From assembly GCA_951406725.2 (NCBI GenBank), contig OX597838.1, positions 8,742,001-8,806,000 on the forward strand: DNA of 64,000 nt, written 5' to 3'. The notes beneath the pieces are model-generated. The model searched no databases. It saw nothing but the letters and a program-made list of their open reading frames with translations, and had not been told where the DNA came from. Shown in pieces: positions 61,146-64,000 of this stretch. Numbering within the stretch: position 1 is the first letter of the stretch; each line of letters begins with the position of its first letter. Made by a program: the position numbers and the translations under genes. This DNA is from Octopus vulgaris. Taxonomy: Eukaryota.

Positions 61146-62673
61146 CTAGGATGAAGTTAAGGGAATTGCTGAACAACACACTGAAGACTCAACGTCAAGC
61201 ATCATACATAAAGAATAAGAACAGGCTGTGCAAAGGTTAGAGAGCTTTGTTGGTAACTAAGGGCCTCTCCCTCGGAGTGAAAGGCAGATTGTATGATGCC
61301 TGTGTACGTTTCACTCATGTAGCTGACACATCTTGACAATCTCAATTCTCAGGTCTCCATATTTATCAACCATTTCTCTTTCTATTATTATTATTATTAT
61401 TATTAGCCCTTGTGGCCAATAAAACCAGAATTTATTATTATTATGATTTTGCTAAGCTGGCGGAATCATTAGCACGTGGGCCGAAATGCTTAGCGGTAAT
61501 TTGACTGCGGCGAGCTGGCAGAAACGTTAGCACGCCGGGCGAAATGCATAGCCGTATTTCGTCTGTCATTACGTTCCGAGTTCAAATTCCGCCGAGGTCG
61601 ACTTTGCCTTTCATACTTTCAGGGTCGAGTAAATAAGTACCAGTTATGCACTGGGGTCGATGTAATCGACTTAATCCGTTTGTCTGTCCTTGTTTGTCCT
61701 CTCTGTGTGTAGCCCCTTGTGGGTAATAAAGAAATAGAAATAGGTATTTTGACTGCCACTACACTCTGAGTTCAAACTCTGCCAAGGTCGACTTTGCCGT
61801 TCATCCTTTTGGGGTCGACTAAATAAGTACCAGTTACACACTGGGGGTCTATGTAATCAACTTAATCCCTTCCCCAAAATCTGAGGTCTTGTGCTTCCGG
61901 CAGAAAGGATTATTACTAGAAGACGAAGGCAGTGAGCTGGCAGAACCGTTAGTTTGCTGGACGAAAGCTCAGCAGCATTTCGTCTGTCCTTACATTCTGA
62001 GTTCAAATTCTGCCGAGGTCAGCTTTGCCTTTCATCCTTTCAGGGTTGATGAAATAAGTACCAGTGAAATATGCTGTACGTGAGAAGACCAGGCAGGACA
62101 AGTGAGCCCAGCCCACTTATGCATGCCTTTCCTCCCTTGGACACAAAGACCTGTTGAGGCAAGCGAAGTCGATATAGAACCTCATCCGACGACAGGCACC
62201 CATGCCAACCCCCTTTGCTTGCGAAGACATGTTGGGGCAAGCGAAATCGAAATCGAATTGAACCAGCCAGGATCCCTGGACTGGTGGTACGTAAAAAGCA
62301 CTATCCAACTCGTGGCCGATGCCAGCGCCACCTCTACTGGCTTTCGTGCCGGTGGCACGTAAAATGCACCAATCCGACCGTGGCCTTTGCCAGCCTCGCC
62401 TGGCACCTGTGCAGGTGGCACATAAAACACATCCACTACACTCACGGAGTGGTTGGCGTTAGGAAGGGCATCCAGCTGTAGAAACATTGCCAGATCAGAC
62501 TGGAGCCTGGTGCAGCCTTCGGCCTCCACAGACCCCAGTTGAACCGTCCAACCCATGTTAGCATGGAGAACGGACGTTAAACAATGATGATGATGATGAA
62601 ACACTGGGGTCAATGTAATCGACTAGGTCCCCCCTCCTCCAAAATTACTGACCTTGTGGCTATAGTAGAAAGG

Positions 62674-62707
<34 letters not shown>

Positions 62708-63624
62708 GGAAGGGCATCCATCTGTAGAAACTTTGCCAGATCCGATTGGAGCCTGGTGCAGCCTTCTGGCTCACCAGTCCTCAGTCAAACCGTCCAACCC
62801 ATGCCAGCATGGAAAGTAGACGTTAAATGACGATGATCAGGATGATTAAAGCAACAAGCTGGCAGAAACAAGTATCAATAAAGTATGAGGGGCATCCTGA
62901 GATCAATGTAATCAATCCAACACCCCCACCCCCCACCTCACCCTCAAATTTCCTGGCCTTGGGCCAAAATTATGAACAAATTTTGCTGTTGTTAATAGTG
63001 TGAAGACATTGGTGTAGTGGTGAGGGTACTTGGCTCACAATTGTAAAGTCATGAGTTCGATTCTCGGCAGTGCATTGTGTCCTTGAGCAAGACACTTTTA
63101 TTTCACATTGCTCCAGGCCACTCAGCTGGACAAAAATGGGGTTGCACCTGCATTGCAAAGGGCCAGTCTTGTTACATTCTCTGTCACGGGTAGGTGTGTC
63201 TGTGGAGCACTCAGCCATGTCAATTTTACAAGCAGGTTGTTCCGTTCATTGGGTCAACAGGAATCCTCATTGTCGTAACCAACAGAGTACCGGTAGTAGT
63301 AGAAGTATTAGTATTAGTATTAGTATTAGTAGTAGTATTAGTAGTAGCAGTAGTAGCAGCAGCAGCAGCAGTTGTAGTGGTGATGGTGGTGGGTTTGGCG
63401 GTAGCAGTAAGGGAATGAAGGGGAGGAGGCGGAGAAGATGTGACTTTCGTTTTTTTTTTGTTGTTGTTTTGTTTTGTTTGTATGTTTATATCTAGGAAAC
63501 CAAAACAAACAAGGCTTGTTTGTCACAGCTGAAATGGCATCGATTGTGTGTGTGTCAGCTTTTTTTTAGGAGAACAGAGCCGTAACATTCAAACCACCAC
63601 ACACACACACACACACACAGACAC

Positions 63625-63656
<32 letters not shown>

Positions 63657-63707
63657 TATTATTTCAAAAAGGAAGGAGAAACATTAAATGATGTACTCAA
63701 AACATGG

Positions 63708-63902
63708 AGGAAAAAAGAAGGAAAAAAAGAAAGAAGAAAAAGAAGAAGAGGAGGAAAAAGAAGAGGAGGAGGAGGGGGAGGGGGAGGAAGAGAAGAAGAA
63801 GAAGAGGACGAGGAGGAAGAAGAGAAGAAGAAGAAGAAGAAAAAGAAAAAGAAGAAGAAAAGGAAGAAGGAGAAGAAGAAAAGGAAGAAGGAGAAGAAAA
63901 AA
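63708..63902. repeat. Purine-rich (GAA/GGA)n low-complexity tract
   Basis: Direct reading. Confidence 0.9.
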
Positions 63903-64000
63903 GCAATATCTAAATTGAGATAGTCATGGCTGGAAAAAAAAAACCCAGAAAAATTAGTGAGGTGTTAAACTCTTCCCCCCTACCGCAGTTAACAGTTGTG

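Noticed and set aside
60671-63070. tRNA genes at 60671-60744, 63008-63070 and similar heads (e.g. 36990-37070)
   Set aside because: A and B boxes are present but acceptor stems are broken and each continues into a repeat body; these are SINE heads.
63688-63918. Glu/Lys/Arg-rich ORFs as an upstream WDR34 exon
   Set aside because: Low-complexity purine tract with no WD40 or dynein similarity and no clear splice sites.

Overview
AT-rich, microsatellite- and SINE-dense eukaryotic genomic DNA. The repeat landscape suggests a coleoid cephalopod such as Octopus (inference). Two intron-rich genes lie on the minus strand. The first is a complete CHTF18 (CTF18 RFC-like clamp-loader AAA+ subunit): 24 coding exons from 39882 to 2389, about 941 aa, with all junction phases consistent. 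The second is the last 7 coding exons of WDR34/DYNC2I2 (dynein-2 intermediate chain), 61145 to 49287; its 5' end is probably outside the window. Introns hold tRNA-derived SINEs, CR1 and RTE LINE fragments, a decayed Tc1/mariner, TTAA-flanked piggyBac-like MITEs, foldback palindromes and minisatellites. Best leads: (1) short repeats carrying Penelope-type minimal hammerhead ribozyme motifs, including a head-to-head dimer of a tRNA-headed, hammerhead-bearing unit at 60190-60925; (2) an identical in-frame tandem duplicate of CHTF18 exon 13; (3) several long, near-perfect intronic hairpins and repeat arrays next to splice sites. Most ORFs in the supplied track are artefacts of simple repeats or SINEs. 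Repeat boundaries are approximate; exon boundaries were read base by base.
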